A DNA stretch of 64,000 nucleotides from Hormiphora californensis (Eukaryota; Animalia; Ctenophora), in NCBI GenBank assembly GCA_020137815.1, contig CM035362.1, positions 186,001 to 250,000 of the forward strand, read 5' to 3'. Position 1 is the stretch's first letter. The number at the start of each line of letters is the position of its first letter. Positions 1-13,000 of this stretch are shown piece after piece. Under the pieces are notes generated by a model. That model was not told the origin of the DNA, did no database searches, and saw only the letters and a list, made by a program, of their open reading frames with translations. A program made the translations under genes and the position numbers.

Positions 1-83
1 ATTTCCTCATTACATCCTTTAAATCAAGTCATAATCTAAGACATCTCCCGAACCTCGTCCTGTCTTATCTCCAAAGTATCAAA

Positions 84-692
84 CCTCACCCTGTCATCTC
101 TTCCAAACCTCACCCTGTTTTCTCTCCCAAACCTCATCATGTCTTCTCTCCCAAACCTCACCCTGTCTTCTCTCCCAAACGTCACCCTGTTTTCTCTCCC
201 AAACATCACCCTGTCTTCTCTCCCAAACGTCACCCTGTCTTCTTTCCCAAACGTCACTACGTCTTCTCTCCCAAACATCACACTGTCTTCTCTCAAAAAC
301 CTCACCCTGTCATCTCTTCCAAACCTCACCCTGTCTTCTCTCTCAAACCTCACCATGTCTTCTCTCCCAAACCTCACCCTGCCTTCTCTCCCAAACGTCA
401 CCATGTCTTCTCTCCCAAACGCCACCCTGTCATCTCTCCCAAACGTCACCATGTCATCTCTCCCGAACGTCACTACGTCTTCTCTCACAAGAATCACTAC
501 GTCTTCTCTCCCAAACCTCACCCTGTCTTCTCTCCCAAACGTCACCCTGTCTTCTCTCCCAAACCTCACCCTGTCTTCTCTCCCAAACCTCACCCTGTCT
601 TCTCTCCCAAACCTCACCCTGTCTTCTCTCCCGAACCCCACCCTGTATTCTCTCCCGAACCCCACCCAGCACCCTGTCTTATCTCCCAAACC
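84..692. repeat. 24-bp minisatellite (consensus TCTCTCCCAAACCTCACCCTGTCT), ~25 copies
   Basis: Directly visible tandem unit; it generates the SSLPNLTL / FGREDRVR ORFs on both strands. Confidence 0.95.
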
Positions 693-1402
693 TCGCCCCA
701 TATTCTCTGCCGAGTGTTCTGTTTGGCACTGTAATCTGGATACCACAGTAGCTAGGGTATTTTGTGATCTCATCTCTCTCCACCTCTCAGGTCCCTGGTC
801 CCAGTTTAATGATTGGTTACGATCCGAACCTGGGACATATTGCAGTTAAATGCCGCATTCGTTTCGGTATACATCGGGTTGTCGTCAAATAAATAGATGA
901 ACAGTAGTGTTGATACTGCTGATATAATAGACTATCTTTGGTGATATTTGTGATATCCCGGTGATATTTTATAAATCTCTGTGGGCTAAAGAAAGGAGTA
1001 GGGGTTGATTATGCCACTTCCCAATTGCTGGCAGTCAGGATAAAATATTGTTTACAAATTACATCTCATGTGTTATTTTGTAATTTGTTGCTTTGTTGTA
1101 TTGACCACTAAAAACAATTTGTATCAATTTATTTCCGGCATGGTAGGGGATTCAAACCGCCCCTCGTCTTTGATTCAAGGTCAAAGATACAAGGTTTAGG
1201 GATCGCTCGCCTAATTATGTAATTGTCACAAAATGGGACTCTGTCTCAGTTCACGAACATGCTTTGTGTAGCGCGCGGGATAGGTCTAATGGTGAAATGA
1301 ATCCTGCGCGCGCCGTCAGTAATGGGCGCTGGAAAGGGGTTTTCGGCAAGGGTGCGCGGGATAGACTACTGGCCCCTATCGGGGGCCAGCAACGTTTGCC
1401 AA

Positions 1403-1698
1403 TAGGGATCCCTAAAAAAGTTCAGTATTTACACAGAGTTTACACAGTCTTTACACAGTCGTTACACCCAGAGCGCCCGCGCCGCTCTGGGTGTAAAGAC
1501 TGCGTCTTTCGCACTCGATTTGCAGCGTTTTCGGAATCTTTTTTCGCCGCAGCGCTCAATTTACTCAATTGTGCAGCACACAATCCAATATTTTCTTAGA
1601 AAAAGCCGCAAAACGCAGCACGCGCCGCTCTGGGTGTAATGACTGTGTAAAGACTGTGTAAACTCTGTGTAAATACTGAACTTTTTTAGGGATCCCTA
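1403..1698. mobile_element. MITE / short foldback with long TIRs (TAGGGATCCCTAAAAAAGTTCAGTATTTACACAGAG...)
   Basis: About 80-bp inverted termini at 1403 and 1698. Flanks TTGCCAA / TTGCTAA form only an imperfect direct repeat. No coding capacity. Confidence 0.8.
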
Positions 1699-3029
1699 TT
1701 GCTAACAATTCATCGATTTTGGCGGTCGAGACGGGTTAGGGCTGTTGTTAGGATCTTTTTTATTTTGTTCAAGAAAGATTTTCCTCTAGATTTTCTTGTG
1801 TCGGGCGCCGTTACGATCTGTTTTTTTTCGTGGCCTGTTTACAGGTGCTCGCTGCCAAAAAACTAAAAAGTTGATTCACTAAAATGGCTCTTACCGCCAA
1901 ACCACTCAACCGTTTTGGCTTATTCAAAGTTTATTTGATAGGAAATGTCAAGGAAATGTCAGACTGTACGATTTTTAGTAAAAAGGCAACGTGTGTCAAT
2001 GAACAATTATAGCCAGCCTGGTCCGGGTGGTCACTGGAAAGGTTTCATTCACTCCTGAACACTGAATGTGCTACAATTATCATTTCACAAGTTTTGCCAT
2101 TTAGAGAAGGCCTAGGCCCTAGGAAGCTAAAACCAGCAACCTTTACACGAAGAAATTGTCCCGGGGCCACCGGCGAAGAAAGGCTGTGTCCACTATGTCG
2201 AGCTGACTGTCAAGTGTGACATTATTTGATAGACTTCAACTTAAATGGTTGATCGTTATTGGGCGGGAGGCAGTTTGAGAGCAATTATACTTTGTTTTAA
2301 GAAGTATTATTCACCTTAATTTGCGTCATGTGAGAAACAGTACCAAGATTTATTCATTTTCTATTAACGTCACGATAGCGGCGAAACTGCTGCCCTTCGT
2401 TGTTTGCATTTCTTGTTTTATCTTTCTAGTGAATTATGCAATCTTAAATATAACTTAGTAAAGTTAAAGTTATGCGTTACTATTTCAACATAACTCTACG
2501 TAGGTCTATCCACATTTTAGTCTACTAGGTGCAGCTCAGCTCAGCTCCACAGCGTCATCTGACATGACGGAGAACAAAGAAAGAGTCACAGTCGAATGGT
2601 GATAGAAGTCGCGCCCGGCTACCCCTAAATAAGGGATAAATTGCAGTTGGTGTTGATTAAGTTTTCTGTTTATTATACCGTTCCCTTCGCTTCTTATTTG
2701 TCGGTACAACCATGATTCATGAAAATTTAAAATAACTGACGTGTTGAAATTGTGTATTGAAGGGACAAATTGAAAAATTATATTCGCATAAACTAGAGTT
2801 GCCTTGCTCGACCCTTTTTTCGTGGGTTTGAACAAAACAAGAGAGGAGATTGGAGAATATAGAGAGAGAGGTGAATTATTAATACTTTCTCTGCAGTGCA
2901 CCTCTGTTTTATTAGGGTTACATGTTGCTCCTCTAATTAATGTAGAACAGGAGATATATAAAGAGTGTGTTGTATCTACAGTACTAATTAATTATATGCT
3001 AATCATTACACCGTTTTAGGCTCCCCATA

Positions 3030-6000
3030 ATGATATTCCAGTTTCTCTGCTTGGCCTTCCTCCAGACTGTACTCTCAGGTAACTCATTCTACAATGCGCT
3101 CTGTGAGGGTTCGGCTGCAGGGCTAGGAACCGGACGTTTTGGGATTTTCAGTTCGTTTCGTTTCGTTTCGTTTATTTTTTCTCAATTTTTTTCGTTTCGT
3201 TTCGTTTCGGTTTATGAAGACTGAAAAAAATTTCGTTTAGTTTCGTTTCGCTTATTTTTTCTCAAGTTTTTTTCGTTTCGCTTCGTTTCGGTTTATGAAG
3301 ACTAAAAAATTTTCGTTTCGTTTCGTTTCGGTTATTTTTTGTCGAAAATTTTTCGTTTCGTTTCGTTTCGTTTATTTTTTCTCAAATTTTTTTCGTTTCG
3401 TTTCGTTTTGTGAAGACTGAAAAATTTTCGTTTCGTTTCGGTTTATGAAGACTGAAAAAAATTTCGTTTATTTTTCTCAAATTTTTTTCCGTTTCGTTTC
3501 GTTTCGGTTTATGAAGACTGAAAAATTGTTCGTTTCGTTTCGTTTATTTTTTCTCAAATTTTTTTCGTTTCGTTTCGTTTCGGTTATTTTTCGTGAAAAA
3601 AATGACCGTTTCGTTTCGTTTTCGTTTGTTTCGTATAAACGTCCGGTTCCTATCAGCAGGGCAAGTACAAAGCTGCAGGCTAACATTTGGCGACACTTAC
3701 TTCCTATTGCTTATTAGCCATTGGGAGAAGGTTATCACTCTTTATATTGATCGTTGTCTCCCTCTCCAGAGTATAAAGTGATTGATCAGTCTGGCAATTT
3801 GGTAGGAACATTCCAATACAATGCAAAACTTACAAAGCGTCCTGCCAAGCGAGATACGGTAAGTGTGTTGAGAGCTAATATAACCTGGACTGTGGACGGC
3901 AGTCAGTGACAACAAATGTATCTGTTCCCCTTCCCCTCAACAAATGTATCTGTTCCCCCTCCCCTCAACAAATATATCTGTCTCCCCCTCCCCTCAACAA
4001 ATACATCTGTTCCCCCTCCCCTCAACAAATATATCTGTTCCCCCTCCCCTCAACAAATATATCTGTACCCCCCCCCCCCCCCTCAACAAATATATCTGTT
4101 CCCCCTCCCCTCAACAAATATATCTGTCCTCCCCTCCCCTCAACAAATATATCTGTCCTCCCCTCCCCTCAACAAATATATCTGTACCCCCCCCCCCCTC
4201 AACAAATATATCTGTACCCCCTCCCCTCGATTCCTCTATTATTAACACCTCGCATGTGATCACCTCGCAACATGTTGCAGGTGACACCGGGGAGCAATAC
4301 AATAGTAATGGAAGACTCCCACGACTATTACAACTCAAAAGTGGTAGCTAACAGCTCCGCCTGGGTAGAGCTAAACCCCAATATAACGACATTGGACAAA
4401 ACTATGGTCCATGAGGGTTTATCGACAAAGTTCCGATATGCATATGTAAGTCATTATTTACCCCACTAGATGTTGTTTTTACCTTTGATTTTCACAAGTC
4501 TCTCATTCTCACTTTGACTATGTCTCTCTCTCTCACTCTCTCTCTGACCTCTGAACTTCGCTCTCTCAAGCGCCACTGTTCATCTTACAGATACAGATCT
4601 GTCATCTACCAGTTTTATGCGAGTTATTCAAATATCGACAAAAAAGGTTAAATCGATTGTACTTTCTAACTTTCTAAGAATAGTAATATATAATATATAT
4701 TTCATGCGTCATGCTTATAAATGTCGAACTGAATTACCCAGCTAATATATAACTTATACTATTCTGCTTTATTCCAGAACATACAGCTCCCCTTCACTTT
4801 TCCCTTCTACGGACTTCCACTGGAAACTATAACACCCACTACCGGTGGTGAGTATTTGGATTATTCAGTTTATTCATTTCCATATAATAGTGCAGATTGC
4901 AGAGCTAGCTTTATCTAAATGCATTATTATTAACTAGTAAGCCCGCTCGCCCTACGGGCGAATGTCGGGGATGGTCAATTGTCATACAGTAAACTAAGCA
5001 AATAGTGTAGTATCATTTGAAATTTTTAAAATCAGTAAATTTATCAGGTAAATTAACCACAGCGATTCTTTCGACAGAAAAACCACGGGTCCTCTTTTGC
5101 CAGGTCCTGAAGTATTTTATGAAGGAGCACATTTGCAAAATACTTTCACGTATTACTGCCATTTCTTATTAGTGCCATTGATACTTTGTTATTACGTGTG
5201 TTGACAACATTTTTTGAATAATAATCACCTCTTTTGTAGGATTTTATCACGTAGTCTATAGGCGTCAGCGCCAGTTTGGGACATATGGCTCCTCCAAACT
5301 CGTTGGCGATTGTGTTGAAGTTGAGTAGTCATGTTCACGAAACGTGGTGAACAGGGGGTGAACAGATCAAATCGAGCAAACGATCAATCACACAACCGGC
5401 AGAGAGATGAATCAAGGATGCACGTGCAGTTTAAGGCTCAAGCTGGCAGGTTGCCAGGGTCCCTCTAGCCTAGAGTCTAGGGACAACACGTGCAAAAGGC
5501 CATTTCCAGGAATTTTGTGCCATATTTGGTAAAAAAACCATCACCCATCATTTCCCTATTTGCTTTAATAATAGTATGATGTAGGATAGAGCGAAATATT
5601 AGCATAGATCTTTTAGCGCCCGGACAATTATTAAAGCTAAATTTCAATGACCGGTATGTATTTTAAATGATCTCTTATAATTCTCTCACCAGGTTTTATC
5701 TTTGTTGGAGAGCTGATTCACAGTCAACTGACAGAGACACAATATATCGCCCCCCTCATGGCAGAATTCGATCCATCGCTAGGGGAGGACTCCTATGTCT
5801 TCTACTACATGACAGGTCAGAATGAGAACTTATTATAATATGTACTAGCATATTATAATAAGTGCACCCAATGTCATGGAGTCGTCAGGTCGTCTCAATC
5901 ATGACTTATTGACAACCCAACCAGTGCTTATTTTATGTGCTTACCTAGGCAATTGAACCGGCTTAAAAATATAGAAAGGAGCATTTCTCTCATCATCTAG

Positions 6001-6976
6001 TACGGCGACTTCGAATTCTATTCCTGTCCACTCGACGTCGAATTTAGTAAGGAATCTATTGTTGACCAGTGCTTCGCCACCCAAAATGGCATAAACTAAG
6101 AGAGATAACTGTAACTGAAGGATCCCATTGTCATTCAACTATGCCCCCATGTTATGTAATTCGTGGATCATAATATTCTCTAACTAGAGCGCACCAAAAG
6201 GGGTGCCTCAAGCTGGGGCAGTTGAAAACCAACCCATGGTAACTAACATGGTAACCATGGTAACTATAACATGGTAACCATGGTAAATAACATGGTAACC
6301 ATGGTAACTAACATGGTAACCATTGAGAATTGTTAGCCCATATGGCACATATTATATGGCATGTTAATTGTACTCTGAATGCAAAATTGCAGCCTACTGG
6401 GCGTTGTTTTTAGAAGTGTTATTCATTCAGGTAGTTTCCAAAGAAAATTAATACTTAAGTTCTGCACTGAAGTATCGCATACATTCTAACTGTGTTGTTA
6501 GGCTAGCACATCATGTTGTATACACTTGAAAACACTGTCAGTCTGTCCGTCAATCATTACTCGTTCTAAATGACTGGCATCGGTTCATTAGAATTGTCTG
6601 CAGTCGAGTCTCTTGAAGAACAGCTTAGTTAGTTATAGTATCCATGGTAACCTCCAAACATCAAAAACATATATCCTGGGAAACTCAGTAAGCAAAAACA
6701 CGTTGCATAAACATGACATAGGTATACTTTTGAGTTTCTCTTTTGGACTACTTTTGAGTAAATTCGAAAAAATTGTCTCTATAGAGAGTCTTGTTATGTT
6801 CTAACCCTCCCTTTACATAAGTTTGTATAGGCGCCCGAAACACAGTCTAGCCAGGCAAATAGAGTCTATTTCTCTGCAGTGTGTGTGATGCTCTCTCTTG
6901 TTCTAAACACTGAATGATGATCGGACTGCAGTTGTGGGTAGAGAGATCCCTCAATAGTAGTACAGAGATCTGATGT

Positions 6977-7018
<42 letters not shown>

Positions 7019-10000
7019 AAGAGAAAGAAAAAGAGAGTTTGAGAGAGAGCGTGTAGGATGGTATACATTGTATGCAAGAGAGAGAGCCTCTAACCACATT
7101 GCGGTTCTGGTCGTTGTCCTCTACAGCTGCAGCAGCAATTACTAGCTGCCATGCCGATAGTGACCCAGGACCCTCTTCTAGCTGACCTCTCCGAGGCAGT
7201 TACTAGACTCTAGAGAGAATCAGAATACAGATTTTAGAACCCATTACTATCCAAAATTGTAATGATCATTCTCCCAAAAGCAGATGTTTATTACTCAACA
7301 AGTTCTGTTTTACTCTTAGCAAGATCTTTTCAAGTTGAATATCCATCAGCTTTACAAAAGGGAAGACATTTGATATGACCTGCACTGATGAATAAATAAA
7401 ACACGGATAGGAAGGGGAGAGAGAGGGAGAGAGAGAGAGAGAGAGAGAGAGAAAGTGAACACGGTTCTTGCGAACACAAACAAGAAGTCAAGAAGACCAA
7501 TGAGTAGCTTTATAGGCACACTATCTAAACATCTCGGTGTAATATTTAAAGACGGGTGTCGCGTAAATTTCCGGGTATATAATGTATGTCGAAAGACCAG
7601 GGGAAAGAGATAGGGAGAATGAAAGGGAGCTGAGAGAGAGAGAGTGAAATCAAAAAATAAACTATATAGTACATAACGTTCTGCACGCAGTGCAAGCGCG
7701 CCATATATACGCTCTGCACTGCAGAGCGTATATGGAGGTGAAATGCACGACAGCGCAGCTGGAGTGCATTTCACACCTATATTGCACGAGTGAAACGAGT
7801 GCGATATAGGAGCGCTTGCACATGCCGTGCAGGACGTTATTGAGTATATATTCCGCGAGAAAACACATGACAAGCAAAACAATCAAATTTTGGGTGGTTA
7901 CACACAGAGAGATGTGACAAAGCAATAGACAAACCAATCAAAAACACATACAAAGAGACTAAAACACACTGCTACATGTTTTACACACAAGAGGACTTAG
8001 TTTTGACAGTTTTAACAGTGAAAAGAAGAGAGAGATAATGAGAGAGATACGAGAGAGGGAGATTGGAATTCTTGGAAATAGCAAACAACAAAACGTGATA
8101 AGGGGATAATTAGAAAGAGAAAGAGGGAGAGCGAGTGTAAAATGGCAGACTGTGTGTCGTGTTGTACCTTGTCAGTCATACTTTGTGTGTTTGTGTGTAA
8201 AAACACTGCGAGAACACTTTCCTTAATTATATCCCGCTACCTCTATATCTCACGGCGTGCCCCAGAGTAGTTTAACATTTGTTTGAGTGACCACCTCCAA
8301 TTCCGGTTGTAACTGGTCGGGAAGACCTCCCTGAAGGTCGTGGCGGAGCGGGAATAATCATGTAGACCCGCTGCGGCTTCAGAAAATTGAGAAAAAGATA
8401 GCTATCTTTTTTTTACTTTGAAAATAAGAAATTTTCACAGATACCGCCTTGTTCTACAAGATGTGGTTGTCCCCGACCTATTTTTGGACGTAGAATCGAA
8501 TGCCGTTGGAGTCAAATCTTTAAAATGTAGGCAACATAGAGAAAATCGCGTTTTTAGGTGTTTTTTTTTGGTGAAAAAACGTCCAAACTGGTAATAGTTG
8601 ATAAGATAGGGTCCCAAAAGTATCACAAATCGATTTTTGGGGTCCTTTTCGCCCTAGAAACAGAGTTTTATGAAAATCCAGTACAACGCCTATTCTCCGC
8701 TTACTTTCAAAGAAAGTGAATATTGCTCTAATTTAGCCAATTTGGAAGAAAAGCCGTCCAAAACGATACTAGCTGACAGGATAGAGTCCCAATAACTTAC
8801 AAAATGTCATTTTAGGCCTTTTCTACCCTTGAAACAGATTTACTTGGCGATAAGACCTCTGAAGTAGGTGGAAATAGCCATGATATAGCGATTGTGGCAA
8901 ATGAATGTGAATAAACGCTTACCAAACCTACTTTAGCATCATGTATGTCCTATCTCTGAAACTGTGAAGTTGAAGAGTGGCTCTTGCATAGTCCAGTAGT
9001 CCAGAGATAGGTCATACATGATGCTAAAGTAGGTTTGGTAAGCGTTTATTCACGTTCATTTGCCGCAATCGCTATATCATGGCTATTTCCACCTACTTCA
9101 GAGGTCTACCGAGATGGCTTATCGCCAAGTAAATCTGTTTCAAGGGTAGAAAAGGCCTAAAATGACATTTTGTAAGTTATTGGGACTCTATCTTGTCAGC
9201 TAGTATCGTTTTGGACGGCTTTTCTTCCAAATTGGCTAAATTAGAGCAATATTCACTTTCTTTGAAAGTAAGCGGAGAATAGGCGTTGTACTGGATTTTC
9301 ATAAAACTCTGTTTCTAGGGCGAAAAGGACCCAAAAAATCGATTTGTGATACTTTTGGGACCCTATCTTATCAACTAGCACCAGTTTGGACGTTTTTTCA
9401 CCAAAAAACACCTAAAAACGCGATTTTCTCCATGTTGCCTACATTTTAAAGATTTGACTCCAACGGCATTCGATTCTACGTCCAAAAATAGGTCGGGGAC
9501 AACCACATCTTGTAGAACAAGGCGGTATCTGTGAAAATTTCTTATTTTCAAAGTAAAAAAAAGATAGCTATCTTTTTCTCAATTTTCTGAAGCCGCAGCG
9601 GGTCTACATGATTATTCCCGCTCCGCCACGACCTTCAGGGAGGTCTTCCCGACCAGTTACAACCGGAATTGGAGGTGGTCACTCAAACAAATGTTAAACT
9701 ACTCTGGGGCACGCCGTGATCTGCACGCTCCCGCGGAAGCACAGTGCAAATTTCACCGTGCACATGGTCGCGCACAGCGGGAGTGATATGTGCACTCGCG
9801 GTATATATATAATATTATACGTCAATAAGAATTGCATCACCCTCTCAGATCAATGTTACTCACTAACCCCCCTCCCCTCCCTCAGATGACGTTGTGATAG
9901 TCCAATGGGAAAACTGTCGTGGTCCACTCTCAAGCAGACCCTATTGGAATTAACAGTAGGTTTTATTACGTAATCTTTGGTGTTGTCTCGCTGCAATCTT

Positions 10001-13000
10001 ACAAAACTAGAAAAACCGACTGAATAGTGAAATTATTACTTTTACTAAATCACTGAATAGTAAAATTATTACTTTTACTAATTAGAGAGCAAAAGAAACA
10101 TAATTTCATACCAGCTAACATTATTTCAGATAAAGAGTTTACATTTCAAGTTCATCTCTACAAAAACGGAGACATCGTGTTTGCTTACAAAGAGGTAAGA
10201 TTCCTCTAATCCTCTTCCTCATTGCCTTGCTCGAGCAAGGCAATGAGGAAGAGGAATCGACCCTCCCTTACTAGCCCTCACCCCTATAACATAGCAAACA
10301 CGTCCTCAAACGTGATCTAAATCTTAGTACATATATCAAGCGATAATTAAATCTTGTATTACTTTATATATAAAACATGTAATTATTTCAGGTACCTCAC
10401 CATCTCACCACAATTGACTCCAACAACCATTATGTAAGGGTTGGTATTGCTGAGGCTTACTACGAAGTTGACACTTCCCGACATGGTATAATATGATTGT
10501 TAGATTTCGAAGCTAAATAATCGCCCTCTTTAACTTGTCGCAATCAGAAATTTGGCAAATTGCCATTTGATATTCTATTGAATGATTCTATTTCTATTCA
10601 ATGATTCTATTTCTTTCGACAAATTTATAACAAACTCTCCCGTTTCGTCAGGATTTGCAGTGACATATATCCACGAGTACCATTCCATTGCATTTGATTT
10701 TGATCTTGTTGGAAACGAGACTGAAATCTACCTCTCAGCCCTACCTAGTAAGTTGTTCTTTCAAGTAATAGAGACGACTTGTTCCTCAGTTTTGAAATAG
10801 AAATGACTGCCATCAAATCATTGGGTGTCAAGTCTCACGACTGGTGCTATTTGCCATATTTAGAGGAAGTAAAGATTTGTTGGCGTGTTGTTTCCTAGTG
10901 CTATAACACAACTGTTTTCAGCTTGCAATGGAGCAAAGGATTGTGATTCTTGTAGCTCCCAGGAGATTGGGTTTGAGTGTGTTTGGTGTCCCCAAGTTAA
11001 CCAGTAAGTGCATATTCCGGGGGGGGGGGGGGCAATATCGGTAAGTGTACATGATCACATGGTGAACGGGGGGCTATTCGGTCCTAAGATTCACTAATTC
11101 TACTACTGTGAACACTACTGTGAACACTGCCTCTATAATGTATTGATAAAGTAGGTTAGATCTGTGTGAACATCATATTATCTAAAGTAGTGAATCACTG
11201 AACACTAGCCACTGCCTCTCTATTGGTTACCATGGTGAATTCCTGCCTATCATTTCCCTAGAGGATTGTGAAGGGAAGGGGGTGATGTCATGGGGAGGGA
11301 GGGGGATTATAGTGGATACATGATTTAATGTCGGGTAAACAGTTCCTATATATTCATGGTATCAAGTCTATCAATTTGATACAATTGTCAGGCCAATGCT
11401 GTGGCCGCGGTTCAAAGAAATTCATTTGAAAGAAATGACGATAGGGCCAATACAGACACAGTGATAGATAGTGACAGACAGACTTGCTAGACAGACTTGC
11501 TGCTAAATATAATTCGAGTATACGTATCCGACCAGTATCCGCCATCCGGCCCTTTGTCCAATCAACTTCTCTCTCTCCAGGTGTGGAGATGGTGTTTCTA
11601 GATACCGGAACAACTGGAAAAAGGCCAATTGTGAAACTAACAACATCGTAAACAAGGACCAGTGCCCTGAGCAGAGCACCCAGATACTACCCACCGCTGC
11701 ACAGACAGGTACATGAGTTCCCACGTGACACACAATACCATATATGGGCAACACGTGACACACAATACCATATATGGGCAACACGTGACTGGTACCGTCC
11801 TGAAACACATTTATAAGGAAGCAGCATGTGGAGTATCAAGTGTCTTATTAAATAAACGTATTATTAATTGTTTTATTTCCATGGATATATATGTCGAGCT
11901 AGGTTTGCCTGTCCGAGGAAAAGTTAAAACCGCAATGGAATTGTTTAAGTTATTTTTAGAAAACTTGATAGTTTTTAGTCCGAAAAGGGATATTTTACTG
12001 CACGTTGAATAATAAATCGTTATCACCTATATATCGTATTGAGATGAGAGAATGGGGCACACATTGCCCGATCATACCTTTCCGAGTCATGTTGGAGATT
12101 GTTGGAGATTGTAGCTGAGACTGAGATGGAGATTGTTGGAGATAGCGAGAGAGTTTTTTAGATTCAGATCTAGACTTGATGGTGCAATGTAAACAATTCA
12201 ACCTCTATATATTGTAGAAGAAGCAACTGGAGCTAGAACAACTGGAGTCCAAACAACGGGAGTTCCGACAACCCGACCACGCGAAACTAGTGGCCACAAT
12301 GGTTCCTCAATCGAGCATGACACTCAGCACAGCACCGCTCCGAACGTCACTACACCACAATCCAATGTTGCAACAACTACAGCACCTCATGTTACAAAAC
12401 ATGTTACAAGACATGTTACTAAACGTGTTACACCCAATATAATGACGACAAGTGTGGTGGATTATAGCACTGTGGATCAGAATGCAAATAATATTACCCT
12501 GGCCTCGAATAATACCACCAATCGTGAGTGCTATATAATGCTCCAGGCTCCTGCAATGTAGACCAGGAACACACGCTATATAATCGGCCGCACCACAATT
12601 ATACAAGCTAGTAGAATCTTAGTTGAGCTTTATAAAGTGGACAGCTTAATCGAAGTATCGGGCTAATTCTACGGGATCTGGTTAAATCCGGGATTATTGG
12701 TGGAGTTAAACCCCAGTTTTTACCCTTCCAGTTGTAATAAACCCAACGAGAGAATATGGTGATGTCAACAGTCGGCATGTTGCTAAGGGTAAACATACAC
12801 CGCTGATCATAGTTTAGTTAATTGCAACTTTTAGAAAGCCAATATGGGTTAAAATTATACTGCTGATATAGTTCAGTCTTTTTCATTTTTTTGCAATTTT
12901 TTTAGAAAGGCATGGGTTAAAATTATACTGCTGAAACCTCAGTTTTTTTCTTCATTTTTGAGGCATCAGTTTTTAGAAAGCAGTATCGAAAATTTTGCGT

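Noticed and set aside
36-849. 245-aa and 236-aa repetitive ORFs on opposite strands
   Set aside because: They are translations of a stop-free 24-bp minisatellite, with no independent coding evidence.
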